In this document: positions 11,271 to 23,970 of the stretch, one piece after another
Layout: each line of letters starts with the position of its first letter
Position numbering within the stretch: position 1 is the stretch's first letter
Assembly (NCBI GenBank): GCA_024137785.1
Contig: JAHRHZ010000133.1
Span: 24,306,158 to 24,370,157, forward strand
Length of the DNA stretch: 64,000 nt
Direction of reading: 5' to 3'
Source: Ginglymostoma cirratum
Taxonomy: Eukaryota
The notes under the pieces: model-generated
What the model saw: only the letters and a program-made list of their open reading frames with translations
Databases searched by the model: none
What the model was told of the DNA's origin: nothing
Made by a program: the position numbers and the translations under genes

Positions 11271-13239
11271 ATAGAATCTCTCAAGGACTTTTAACACCAT
11301 GGAGCAGGAGGTTGATGTAAGACTGCAAGTACTTGAAATATGACTCCACACTCCACAGTGCTTCTTATACTTCTGAACAGGATAAGGAAATGAAAGTACA
11401 CATATGTGGGACATGTATGTGAAGGAGAGTTAAGTGGTGATTAAATTAGGATTTTGACCATTTAGCTACAGTAAGCAACACTTTCAGTGTTAATATTGAA
11501 ATAGGTATAGTCTTCACAGCTGTTCTAATCCATGATAGTTTGACCATCTTTTTAGTTATTCCTGGAATCAATCGAAATTCAGTGTTTTTATATTAGTTCT
11601 GTACAAGGGCTTATTCATTTATCGTGGCTGGATTCTAACTTTCATACTTTCCAGCTATTTTTAGACATCAGAAAGGGGATCACTCTCATGCTGCAAACAC
11701 AAACTGGATATACCGCCTATTCCAGGATAAATGTTTGCATGCCGAAAGTAACGGATAGCTTGGGTCCATTAGCTCATAGACACAGTTAGTGTTGCATAGT
11801 GTATGTAGCTAGATTTGTGTTGACAGCAGGCCGTGACCCAGCAAAAGACTAGGCACTCATAATGAACAGCGTGCCCCTTGACCTAAACATTCAACAGCTG
11901 ATATGTAACCTCGCACAAATGAAATATGTATGTTGAATATAAAATTACTTTAGATTATAATGCCAGGAAGGTATCATTTGGAATTTTATAAAATGCTAAG
12001 AATCGAAAACTTTCTCTTAACGTGAATAGAGAAATTAAAGGAGTTTGGTCTAATTTATGAAAATCTATTTGTGATCTCTAATAGGAAATCATATCACAAT
12101 CTAATCCAAGCACATCTGCATAACCACTTTGGTGTGGTACAACTAAAAATAAATCCACTCCTGTCAAATCTATTCAGCAAAGAATAACTAAGGTCCAAAG
12201 AAAAGTCTAATTGCTACAATTTTCTTATTCCAATTTAGGAGTCAACACCTAATTGATAAAATGCAAACCATATAAAACAGCTTATCTCTCAGAATTGCGT
12301 GATGAAAATAGCCATCTGCAGAAACAAATCTGATTACTAAATTAAACAAAGTAAAGAATTTCAGTAAACACACCTTAAAATAAATGTGATTTTAAAAAAA
12401 ACCTCCAATACTAACATAATACCAACACAAGATCTAAAATGAAACCACAGCACATACAATTATCTACAACGATCAAACAATCTTAGTGGCTACCTTTCTG
12501 TTGGATTGGCAATGGGCAAAATAAATTGAACTAATAAAAGGAACAGTAGATGGTAAAGTGTCAGGTTTGGTTTCAACACCAACAGGGTTTATATTTTGTT
12601 TAGTTTCACAATCAGAAAATTCAGGAATATAAACAACATCCTGACAGGCAGTTTGTTTGTTACACTTTCTGTGGAGTGATAATCGACAGTACCAAATGGC
12701 AGCTCCTGAATCTCTTTCACTAATTGTTAAAACATCTGTGGTGTCAGTTCATTCAGCAGGCTTCTCATTCTTCAAAGTGATTCTTGCACTATTTGTATTT
12801 CAGCAGAATCAGAAAGTCCTTTTTCTTTACACTGGGACAACCTTGGAAAATTTGCATAGAGCTGTAAAAATATTGGGTCTATACATTGGTGAAGGGTCCA
12901 AAAATATTGCAAGTACTTTGCATCATGGAGTCATTTATATTGGAAGGAGACGAGTCAGCCCATGATGTCCATGTCAGCTCTCGATGGAACAATCCAGTCA
13001 ATCCCATTACCCTGTCCTATCCACATAGCCTGGTTGATCTTGTCAAGAATCTTACCACTTGATGAGCCATTTGGTAGGAAGAGTAATCCAAAGAATCACA
13101 CCTCATCACATCACTTTTTGCCTTCTGTGCTCTGGAACTCCTTTGCTTTTTGAATCCGGCCTTCTTTGTCACTTGGACTTTTGAAAGAGCTGATTTCCTT
13201 GCTTACCATTTCAAAAGCAGTGTCTGAATCTTTGTTTTT

Positions 13240-13750
13240 GAGTTTTTGTTATAGCCTATTACCCTGCTGAATTTGTATAGCAATCTTTTGTGATTCATGC
13301 ACAAGGAATCCCTCTGTGCTGTAGTTTTCTACAGTCTTTCTCCATTGAAATAATAATTCGATTTCACTATTTTTCTTGCAACGTGCATAATCTCACATTT
13401 TCATACACTATATTCTGCTCATTCTCACTCATTTAACCTGTTTATATCTTTCTGTAGACTGTGTGTCATCCTCACCATGTGCCTTCCATTTTAATGTCAT
13501 TCACAAACATTATGATAGTAGATTCATTTCCCTCATGTAAGATATAAATATATGTAGTAAATAACAGTAGATCCAGGACTATATCCCTGTGGCACTCCAC
13601 CAGTTACAAGTTGCCATCCTGAAAATGCCCCCTTTATACCAAATCTCTGCCTCTGTTCATTAGCTAATCCTTTATCATTGCTACTATACTACCTTTCTGC
13701 ACATAGGCTCTTACCTTAAGCAGCGTTACGTGCTGTAACTTATCAGGCTA
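13240..13750 (-). mobile_element. CR1-type RT fragment
   Basis: Reverse complement contains GGCAACTTGTAACTGGTGGAGTGCCACAGGGATATAGTCCTGGATC (VT.GVPQG..LG) and downstream CR1 motifs. Confidence 0.75.
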
Positions 13751-15944
13751 CAGTATCAATCCTGGTCCATCAATGAAAGTCCTGTACCCTTAACTATAGT
13801 GACTGGTATTTCTTCAATCTGATATTTATGTGTTTTTTTGAACATTTATTTTTCCAGGGAGTGAAAATAGGATCTGGAGAGTGAGGATATTTCTCAACTC
13901 AGAAAATAAGGTGGTCTCAAAGTTGGAATTTTCATTCCAGGGTGAGAGGGTGGCTTTTGAGTTGGGTGGCTCTGAAATGAGAACTGAAGACTTCCAAGTG
14001 TGGAAATGAGCTGCACAGCTCCTTCCAAGCACGGCGCTGTATTGACATTTTTATGAAGTGAATAAACCATAAACAACCCTCTATCAGACCGCCATCCACT
14101 CAGACCGCCATCCACTCCATATCTATGCTATCTCGTGCACTGTACCCACACCTTCAAAAATAGCCTACGTTCCATCAGCCAACCCCATGACCTCATATGT
14201 GCCCTTGAGCCAAATTATACCCCTCTGCACACAGTCAATGCCCATCATTACCTATATGCCTGGCTTTTACCAAACAAACCTATGCCCCTCTGCCCACACC
14301 CATGGCTATTTATAGCCCCTATGCCAACTTGTACCTCCTACCCAGCTTGCCAACTCAGCCAGCGTCCATCATGGGCAAACCTGAGAGCCCATGCAGAGAC
14401 TAAATAAAATACTAACGCAAATTATTTACGAAAGCTAATTTAGAAAAACACACTTACTGCATCTAAATTTCAACCACATAATGCCCTATACAAGTATTTT
14501 GTTCAAATACATAATCCCTTAAAATATTGAGCAATGGGATTTCACAATCCCACTTCAAACTGTCTACGACTCCTTGTGGCTGTCAACCACATTCTGAAAT
14601 GGAAGGCACATTCTATAATAACGAATGATTGTGAAATCAGTCATGTGAAACGAATCCACTAATGGAAACCTTAATTCAACTGAGAAATATAGTACATTTT
14701 TACACATTTAAATCTTTTAAAAAAAACTGAAAAAACCTTTTAAATGTGTGTAGCTTGATGCCTTGCCTTGACATTTTTGACATTCCTTCTTGATACTTAC
14801 AGCAGGTGCATTTGGCATTTCCTCTTGACATTTGTGTGAGATGCTCTTGACAGTTGCAACAGCTTATATTTTCAATGGGTTTATGCATTTTTATGCACAT
14901 TCATGCATACTTTAATAATCCATAGGGGTATCAGATCTTTCCCAAAGAGGACCTTCCTTACCTCTCCCAGATAGCTCTTGACTTCTCACCAAAAGCTAAG
15001 CCCAGACCATATCCAAAGTATTATCTTCTCTCCTAAATGGGTATCTGGCTGTTCAATCAAATCCACAATGTTCATACCAGGGTTTATGCCTCTTCCACCC
15101 ATTCAGGCAATAAGTAATCAGACTAATTTGCTGCATTACATGGCTGATACAAGATAAAACACTATAGTACCCTGACATAAAACTTTGATTAGGATTCATT
15201 TAGATTAGTACAAGTTCAACTTTCGTCCTATGGCTTGGCAGGTGTTGTTAGTGGCCTTCCGAAAGGGTCAGAGGGACCACAGCATTAATATTCAATTTCA
15301 GAACACAAATTATAATTCCTGGGTCTTTTTTTTTAACACAGATATGTTTATATTATCTAAAAATGCATTTGGCTGGATTAATTGAATTAGAAGACCTAAA
15401 GTTAATGAGGCTACATGCATGGAAATTCCGTAAACATAGAAACAGGTGTCATACCAGCAGGTTATTTGAGGTCTATTGACCTTTGGCAAAAAACTCAGGA
15501 TCAGTTGAGACTGCACATTTTCTGCAAAAGTTCAAAAGGAATTTGTATGAGCTCCAGGCTTAGGAGAATATTACTGTGCACAATAAGTATATTAAATCCA
15601 TAGTTACACGCCTCATGGGCACTGTCATCTTCTGAAACTTTATTTGATTGTCAGGGCACCTGAGGAAAATTATCTATGTTTATTTCCCGAAATTGGCATG
15701 GGGACTTTAAAATCTTACGTCTGCTTCTCCCAGAATGTTACTTGATTGGTGGTCGTTGGGAAGCATTGCAAGTCAAATTCCCAGTTCTAAATAATAGTGT
15801 AGTACAGATCCAATGGACAGGCTGTACTTTACCCTGTGCATTATTTTTATTCTCATGTATCCCGATCACAATAGTGTCTTTAACTTTGGAAAATACCAAG
15901 GTACTTTACTGGACGATTCAACAAAATTTGACAACTGGTCACAG

Positions 15945-16530
15945 AAGGAAGTGCAAAGTCAAATTACCAAAAGCATTCAAGATGATAGTCTTTCAGAAAT
16001 AACTTAAAGAAAGCAAGTTGGAGAAGTTTATGGAGGGAATTTAAAGCTTTAGCAGTTGAAAGAAATGTCTTCCAGCAGCAATTACAATCAGGGATGCAGA
16101 CGATATCAGAGTTGGGTAAGTACAAGGATGTTTGAGGTTGTAGGGCTATAGGAGATTTCAAAGATGAGGAGTGGATAGCGCAATTCTGAAATACAGATGA
16201 GAGAGTTTTATGTTTGAGGCATTGCTTAATCAGGAAATCAGGAAACAATGTAGATTAGAGCAGAGATGATGAGAATGGAACTTGGTGCAAGTTAGTATGC
16301 AGGCAGCAAGGTTTTGCATGACATCAACTTTACGGAGAGTGGAACACAAGAAGCCAATGATGAGCATTTTGGAATCACAAAGTCGACAAAAGAAAAGAAG
16401 GATGAGGAGTTCAGCAGATGAGCTGAGTGAGGGCAAGAGATGGGTAGAAGTGAAAATAAGGGGATCTTTACAACTTCTGGATAAGTGATCAATAGCTCAT
16501 TTCAGGGTCAAAGACAACACAAATTACAAA
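15945..16530 (-). mobile_element. L2-clade LINE 3' fragment
   Basis: ORF 16230-16436 STLRKVDVMQNLAACILTCTKFHSHHLCSNLHCFL matches the L2 C-terminal QN.AAR.LT.TK..HITP.L..LHWLP pattern. Confidence 0.75.
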
Positions 16531-17184
16531 GGTATTGACAGCCAAAATAAATAAAAACACAATCTTATTGCAGAATGCTTACTTTCATTTGTAGAAATGA
16601 CTTCAAAAGTTTTGGAAATCCCTTCCAAAGCAGAGAAAGCACCATTGCCACTTTGCGGGCTAAATTTCGCAACCTGTCCTCTCCATCTCCCAATAAGTTT
16701 TCATTTGTATGGGGTTCACCATTTCAGAAATGGCAGCAACTTTCATTACATTTTTAATATTCCACTATTTATTAATATCCCGTTATAATTGCATATTTTA
16801 AACTAATATTAGTAAGAAAGCGCATTCTCAGTAATTACTACGATGCCCTGGAATAAAATAATTACTTTGTGCTTCAAGTGCCAGATCCCTCAAGCTCCAA
16901 ATGTACTGGATCTTTCGATACAAATCTAAACCAGGGAGTACAATCAAATAAATGTCCGAGTTTCTCAAAATTCAAACACTTAACTGAAATTCATTAAATA
17001 AAATTAGATACAAAATTTGACGGTGATGTGTTCTCTTAAAAATGATCTGGTAAAATCGTAACGGCTGTCATATTCTGAAACAAGAAACATCAGCATCATT
17101 ATAAGTGGTCCTGGGTGATAGCTGGCCACAAAGAAATCCGCCAGAAAAAAAATCTAGCAAATATTTGCTTTCTTATGTCAGGTG

Positions 17185-17492
17185 AAGAGTGCTAAAGGAA
17201 GAGGCCATAGAAATAGTGGATGCGTTGGTGGTTATATTCCAAGAATCTTTAGATTCTGAAACTGTTCCTACAGATTACAGGGTGCTAAGGTAACCCCACT
17301 ATTTAAAAAGGTAGGTTGAGAGTAAACAGGGAATTATAGATCAGTCAGTTTGACATCAGTAGTGGGTAAGATGCTAGAGTCCATTATCAAGGATTTCATA
17401 GCAGAGCATTTAGAAAACAGTGGTAGAAACAGACATAGTCAGCGTGGATTTACAAAAGGGAAGTCATGTTTGACAAATCTGCTGGAATTCAT
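17185..17492 (+). mobile_element. CR1 RT N-terminal fragment
   Basis: VTPLFKK..GNYRSVSLTSVVGKMLESIIKDFIAEHLEN..SQRGFTKGKSCLTNLLEF. Confidence 0.92.
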
Positions 17493-17607
17493 CACAACAG
17501 CAATGTCATCAAGCATTGCAAAATTCTCACTGGCATCAAACCAGCAGGTAAAAACATGCCAATAATCCTTAATTTCCTTAAATTACTTTGCATAGTGAAA
17601 CATTCAT

Positions 17608-18031
17608 ATGAACTGGGATTAAGGTTCAAGCCGAAAAATCGTTTTTTTAATTTCAAAAATGTGGATTTTTCATGGGAGTAATTTGCTGCTACATAAACAC
17701 AAAATCGGTTTTTCATGGCTGCAGAGTCTGCCAAACGGGAACTATGGACTGGCCTTAAAATGCTGTTGTAACTCATTCAACATGGTATAATATTTAAGGA
17801 GCTTTTCTGTGAGATTAATAGCATAAAAATGGGCATTCATATCAATTTAAATGATTCCACAAGATAGCCATCTGTCAGGACTTCAACAGTGTACACGGAG
17901 TGTGGAAATCACTGACAGCACATTCTTGATTTCAACATTTAACCATATGTGTAAAGATGCCCGAATTTGATATCAGTTTTACAACTGTAATGCTGACAGT
18001 TCCATCATTGCAAGTGTAAAATCCAGTTCAT
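17608..18031. mobile_element. Non-autonomous DNA transposon (MITE-like), ~420 bp
   Basis: Terminal inverted repeat ATGAACTGG (17608-17616) / CCAGTTCAT (18023-18031). No coding capacity. Confidence 0.5.
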
Positions 18032-18389
18032 TCTCTGAATTGCACAAGAAAAATTAAACTTTCCTTTTTACTTGCTTTGCATTCATTAACATTCCTTGAA
18101 TACTCATTAACACCCCAACCCACTGATATTGTATTCACATGAACAATGTAGTTAGCTAAAAACAGTAAACACGTATATTCACAAACTATTTATATCGGCC
18201 TGAACCTAATGCAATTCTTTCTCCAAGCTTCAGTGGATATAAATTTCTTCAGTTATTTGGCTCTTTCATAACCAAGGGATTTATTTGCATAATTGCTCAC
18301 TGTATTAAGGGTGAAGCAGCTCATGAGAAGTCTCAGTCACATAAAGTCTGGCTTGTTGCAAATGTTTGAGTTTTATGGCAGAAGCCCGA

Positions 18390-19315
18390 ATGGTTCAATA
18401 AGCCTGCTCAATCTAGGCAGCTACACAAGCTGATGCCAACAAACCCAACTAAAGCAGGTCTTGTGCGGTTGTGTGTTTGTCTATTAGCTTCCCACACAAA
18501 GATTGTATCAAATATGCACATTCTCCTAGTTTTGATGAAAGATCAGTGATCTGAGCCATCAACTGCTGTAGTTCCTTTTCAGTTTGAAGTATGAACCCAG
18601 GCTGACGTGCGAGAGGCAATACCACTGTGGTGCCGGTAGTCTTACACCGGTACCTGCAATAAAGTGACAGACACAGGATCCTTCCGATGGAGCTGGCTGA
18701 CACCCAACCTTTTGTGTGATAGGCCTTTGCAGTGGCAACCTTACAATGCTCATACTTATAGAAGATTGGGATAGTCACCGATACACACTGTAGTAGAGCA
18801 CAACTGATCATTCATCCTCTTGCTGTACCGGAGTCGGGTTCTCGAGCTTCCAACAGGCGTCAATTAATATTGTCATCTCTGTCGAGGCTGCTTTTGTCAG
18901 GTGGGAATTCCTCTTGTTGTCATCCCTAGGATAAAGAATTTCATTTATCTCCTGGACAGCCTTCAGGAGAATCTCCAGGATGGCATCGCTAGAAAGTGTG
19001 AGCCACACTATACCTGGTTTTGACATCGCCAAGGGTGGATGGGGTAATGAAAAGAAGTGATTGATACTCCTGGATTGCAGACAGTGAAGCGCTGTCCAGG
19101 TGCATTTTAAACATGGTGTCCAGGATTTGGAGCCTCCAAAGTTCCCAGTAGGAGATGGGCAAACATCCTAGTTGCGTGCCCTTAAAATTTGCACATGTAA
19201 TCATCGGAAAAAGACATAATCCCATGGGAAAGTCCAACACACTCCCAATTCGAAGTCTCTCTCTTTCTTATGCCCATCTCTACACAGTTTCAAACAAATG
19301 ACAAAATTTCACCCG
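18390..19315 (-). mobile_element. Harbinger-type element remnant with Myb/SANT-like (trihelix) accessory gene exon
   Basis: ORF 18808-19032 SSDAILEILLKAVQEINEILYPRDDNKRNSHLTKAASTEM matches the F.D..LE.L...V....ILYP....R...TK.AW.E pattern. TIR-like end CGGGTGAAATTTTG on the minus strand at ~19302-19315. Confidence 0.7.
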
Positions 19316-19569
19316 TGTTATTTGTCAAAAATGGCTTCTTCCACAGACTGGAATGACACTGTACTTCTTCCAATTACTGTTAAACAGTTCAATAAAATTT
19401 TTGCATATTTGGTTTTGTCAAAGCTTTTGTTTATAATGGCAGAGAAATACAGAGCTAAAAATTGGAATAACTGAGAAACATAGGTTCCTTTGTTAAATGT
19501 TCAAAATTTGCTTTTGGTCACCATTTCAAAAATACTTTATGAATATGCAGCTTAAAGCTTGACCCATTG

Positions 19570-19870
19570 GCATTAAACCTACTGACTCAGATAAGTCCCA
19601 ATTCAAAGCCCCACTTCAGGAACTTGAGCTCAAATTTAGGCTGAGACTTCAATATATAGTTGCGGGTGTGCTGACATTCTTTAGGTTATTTGTTAAACTT
19701 ATGTCCCTTCAGCCCTCTTGGGTAAACAGCACTGAAGAACAGATAGTCCAGTCAACTATCTCATCGTAGTTTGTGCAAGATTTTTATATGCAACTTCCCT
19801 ACATAAAAACAGTGACTGAAGCACAAAATGTGCTTCATTGGCAATGAGGTACTTGGGGATGTCCGGTGGT
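19570..19870 (+). mobile_element. Deu-domain SINE (SacSINE1-like), old
   Basis: Head TTCAAAGCCCCACTTCAGGAACTTGAGCTCAAATTTAGGCTGA and tail TTCCCTACATAAAAACAGTGACTG..CTTCATTGGCAATGAGGTACTTGGGGATGTCC. Confidence 0.65.
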
Positions 19871-21269
19871 TTTAAACGCAAGCATTTTTTTCTTAACCAA
19901 AGTAAACTTTCAACTAATTCTGCACATTGCCACAAATGTAAGCAAGCATCTATTTCTGACAATTTTTTCAAATCCCACAGCCAGACATTTCAATATAAGC
20001 CTGGCTTCAGAAGATCTCAATACAGCATTCAAACGCTTTCTGAGTAAGATAACAATCCTTCATGAAGCAACAGAAAATATTAATGCACTCTCTGATCTCA
20101 ACGTGGTCCCAATAAGGATCATAATAAAACCATACATATGCCAGAATGTTTAATATGAACAAATTACTCATCACTGAATATATAAGTTACTTGTCTAATA
20201 AACTTCACATTCAATGAACTACTGTCATATCCCTCTGCTGCAATGCTTGCCAATGTCAACAATGACATGTGTTGATTTGAGGCATGCCTTCCCCTTCCTA
20301 TATTGGTGTCTCAGTCAAAATTCTAATACTGGAGACTTTATAAAAGGATCCTTTCTCCACATTAAGGCAACACTACAAGCAAGTTGCCAAATAGTTAAAC
20401 TTCTACACGAATCAAATAGCAATTTTGCCAGTTTCTTTGGTTGAGAAAAGGAACAATAAAAAATATTCTCACTTCACTGGACTCTTGCTATTGCTATTAA
20501 TTAGGTAAGTACCGTAAGAATTGGCATTCGGCATTTGCTGGCTTTGACAGGAGACTGGCAGCAGGAACCACATACCATTCTCTGAAATGAAGCAATTTAT
20601 TCACATGTCACTGCCAAATGCATGCTGACTGGTGTAACAGGCTGACGTGTATTCTCCACAGTTAAGGCCTGGGCTTGCTCTTCACACTTCAGATGCAATT
20701 TTTGACAGATCTGCTGATGCTCAATTGAAACTACAGGAATTTTATTACCTGAAAAATAATTTTTTTTTGGCAAATTGCTTAACTGAGAATTCTATTTTGT
20801 TGATTGATGATGCACTTTGAAAACGTACATTCGCAAAATTTAAAAGTTTCATCAATGGTGTTTCCAAAGAAAATTCATGGTGAACATTAGATCATGAAAA
20901 ATACCAGTTTCTGGATTTACAATAGAAAACTGACTTTAACTTAGTTAATGCAGTTATGAATAAATTAAAAACTAGTTTTGGATGATGGATTCTGATTAGC
21001 AGTTTATCAAACTTTATTAACCAGCTTCAAGCGATAGTTGCAAATTGTATTGCATATATTTTATACTTCAAACTGCATTGCTCAACAGAAATTTTGTGAA
21101 GTGAGTAATTACTTTGATTATTGTGAGCTACGCACTTTGAAACCTACAGCCTGTCCATATATTTAAGGTATTAGCGTAAGGCACTAGCAATTTGATATGT
21201 GGCTTGATGTCATTCATGAGTCTCCTGGTTGCTTAGTGTATAAAGGCAATACCCATCACGTCCCTGTAG

Positions 21270-22870
21270 CAACACAGAATCAACAATTTGCATTTATGTA
21301 GTACTTGAAACATTCTCAGCGAAAAAAAATCACGAAGCACTACACAGAAGCATAACCTGACAAAATTTTACAATTTGAAGTAGTAATAAATATTAGGAGG
21401 GGTGGCCAAAGGTTTCTGGATTTTAAAATGCTTCTTACAGGAAGATATGGATGCATGTACACTGAGACATTTATGGAAGTATTGGAAATTCTGAGGCTGA
21501 GGTTGCAGAAGGGACAACCATCTGTGGCCAGGCAGGGTGGAAATTTATATGACAGTCAGGGAAATGGAGTGCTTGGATTAGGGGAGGTATGTAGGGCTGA
21601 AGAGCAGGGAACTGAAGGATTGGGGCCATGAAGAATTTAGACATTTGGATGAGAATTATACATTTGAAGATTAGGGATTGGTAGCCAGTGTTGGTCAGCA
21701 GGAACAGGGGGTGATGAGAAAAGTACAATAACTGGCAGCAGAGTTTTGGGTGAGCTGAAATTTATATTCAGTGAACCGTCAGAGGACAGTGAGGAAACCT
21801 TAGAACGAGATGAGTCTGGAGTTCATAGGTGATAATTAAATTAAAAAATAAGCTAAGGCAGGGATGAAGACTTGTGATGTTATGAAGGCTAGTAAAGTTT
21901 CTATTCAGGGTGACTGAATAGGTGAGTAAGATTGCAAGAAATCTGGTTTAACTTGAGAAAATGTCTCAAGAAGAAAATGGAATCAGTGGCAAAGGTACAA
22001 TATTGAAGGTGCAAGCCCAATGGTATCTTCAGTCTTCTCAATGTTCCAACTGAAACTGTAGCTCCTCCAAGACTGGATTACAGGCAAGAGATACGACAAA
22101 AGTAAATAGACAAGTGGACAAACGTGGTGGGAAGGTGGAGTTGGGTATGTTTTCAGTGTACACAAGGAAGTTGACATGATGCCAATTAATGATATCGCTG
22201 ATAGGCAACATTTTATCGAGCAGGGATGTATGAGCCAAGGATAAATCCAGGAAAAAGAACATGGTGACTTCAGCATAAGTGTTACTATTGGGTTGTGATC
22301 AATTAGGTTAGTATAGACCAAGCTGTTACACTGGGCTATACTATAAAGCAACTCAGGGATAGTGATGGAGATATCTATATTAAAGGCAATAAGAGGCACT
22401 GAAAGACAAGGAAGGGTAATGCACTGTACTTAACAGTTAGAGGGGCTGTCATCAGTCACTGTTGTGAGCAGTATAGAAACGTGGTTGGAGTGGTTCAAAC
22501 ATGGAGCTGTAGGAAATATCAGCACATACTTTTGAGGTGAAACATGTGCAAGAACTTTGGAGGAGCAGAACAGGAGTATGGAGATGGGGTGGCAGCTTAC
22601 AACTGTAGAGGATTCTATACATTTTTTTGGTGGGCAGGAATGATGATAGTGGTTTTGAAAGCAAAAAATGTAAGTGGTGAGAAGAAGGAACCATTTACGA
22701 TGTCATCCAACAGGAAAGGCAAAGGGCTGGTCATCACTTACTGCAGTCGAGACAGCAGAAAGGAAGTTAAGAGAGAAAATGGATACAGTTGCAATTCATA
22801 GCTGGGGCAGGGAGGAGTAGGGGAGAGGAATATTTTTGTTTGATTCCTGATCTCAATGGGTCAAGTTGCT
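21270..22870 (-). mobile_element. L2-clade LINE, degraded RT plus 3' tail
   Basis: ORF 22038-22262 MLPISDIINWHHVNFLVYTENI matches the L2 MLPLGDII..H.V.FH.YADDTQ motif. The 3' tail near 21285-21350 resembles the Deu-SINE/L2 tail. Confidence 0.72.
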
Positions 22871-23877
22871 GTTTGAGCTAGAGTAGAAACCGAGCACTGT
22901 AACCATTTCCAAGCAACTGGGCTTGGAAAAGATGTTTTAAAAATCATTTTTTTCCCTCTGGAATTTCAGTTCATTCGTTACTGTTGGAAGAGATGCTCAA
23001 GTACATATTGTGGATGAAGAAAAGATCAGGCTTGACTGGAACACCCACTTGTTCAGCTTTCTGACATTGACCATCTAAGTTCACACGAAAGACTGACTGC
23101 TTGATTTTTATGATACTTTGCTCAGCAAGAGTTGGATAGTAAAGGAAAGGATATATGCACGTTCATAAAATTCAGTTTGGGAACAGATTTATTCTTCTGA
23201 AGCAGGAGAAAGATAAACGTACATGCCAAATGAAGACTACACTCATTGATCCCATTTTCCAACGATCAGACAGAACCATACTATTTTACTGGGCAAGAGA
23301 AACAGTAATATTTTTGATAACTCAATTACAATAAACCATAGGTCAAGACCTAATGCTTGGAACTAAGCTTCCTTTTGTCATAATCAATACAAATCCTTCT
23401 AAATTTATTTAACTTACTTAATGAATTCTGGTAAAATTTCTTTCAGAATAGATTGTAATTAGACAGCGATAGTTACATTGTCTGACGTGCACTGCCAATG
23501 AGTGGGGAAAGACAAGTCACATCCATGGTTAGTTCGATGCATACACAGTGTTCTGATAAATAGTCTTTGAGTGCTCATACAATTTTATAATTGAAAAGAG
23601 CAGACTAAAAATTATTAGGAACTGACTAGGGCATACAGCTTCACATAACTTCCTTTCTGCTGTCTCGACTGCAGTATGTGCTGACCAGCCCTTTGCCTTT
23701 CCTATTGGATGACATCGTAAATGGTTCCTTCTTCTCATCACTGACATCTTTTGCTTTCAAAACCACTATCATCACTCCTGCCCAGGGCAGCAGGCATGCT
23801 AGACAGGTGCACCCAAACTACCAAATAAAGTGCAAGACTTTTTAAACCACAACAGGCCAGAAAAGAATTAAAAATCT

Positions 23878-23970
23878 AGTTCCAAAGAGGAATCATTGAA
23901 ATCGAAACATCCACTCTGTTCTTCTCTCTCCACAGAACCCTTAACTTTCTCCAGCCCTTTCTGTTTTTAA
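23878..23970 (+). mobile_element. Decayed Penelope-like pseudo-LTR fragment
   Basis: AGTTCCAAAGAGGAATC..TCGAAACATCCACTCTGTT..CTCTCCACAGA..TTCTCCAGC, homologous to 1344 and 40727 copies. Confidence 0.55.

Noticed and set aside
14084-14117. Tandem 16-bp duplication TCAGACCGCCATCCAC x2
   Set aside because: Simple slippage duplication with two units and no spacers; not an array.
15813-16007. Small ORF with a hydrophobic N-terminus (MDRLYFTLCIIFILMY..)
   Set aside because: Chance-sized ORF that overlaps an L2 tail, with no recognisable homology.
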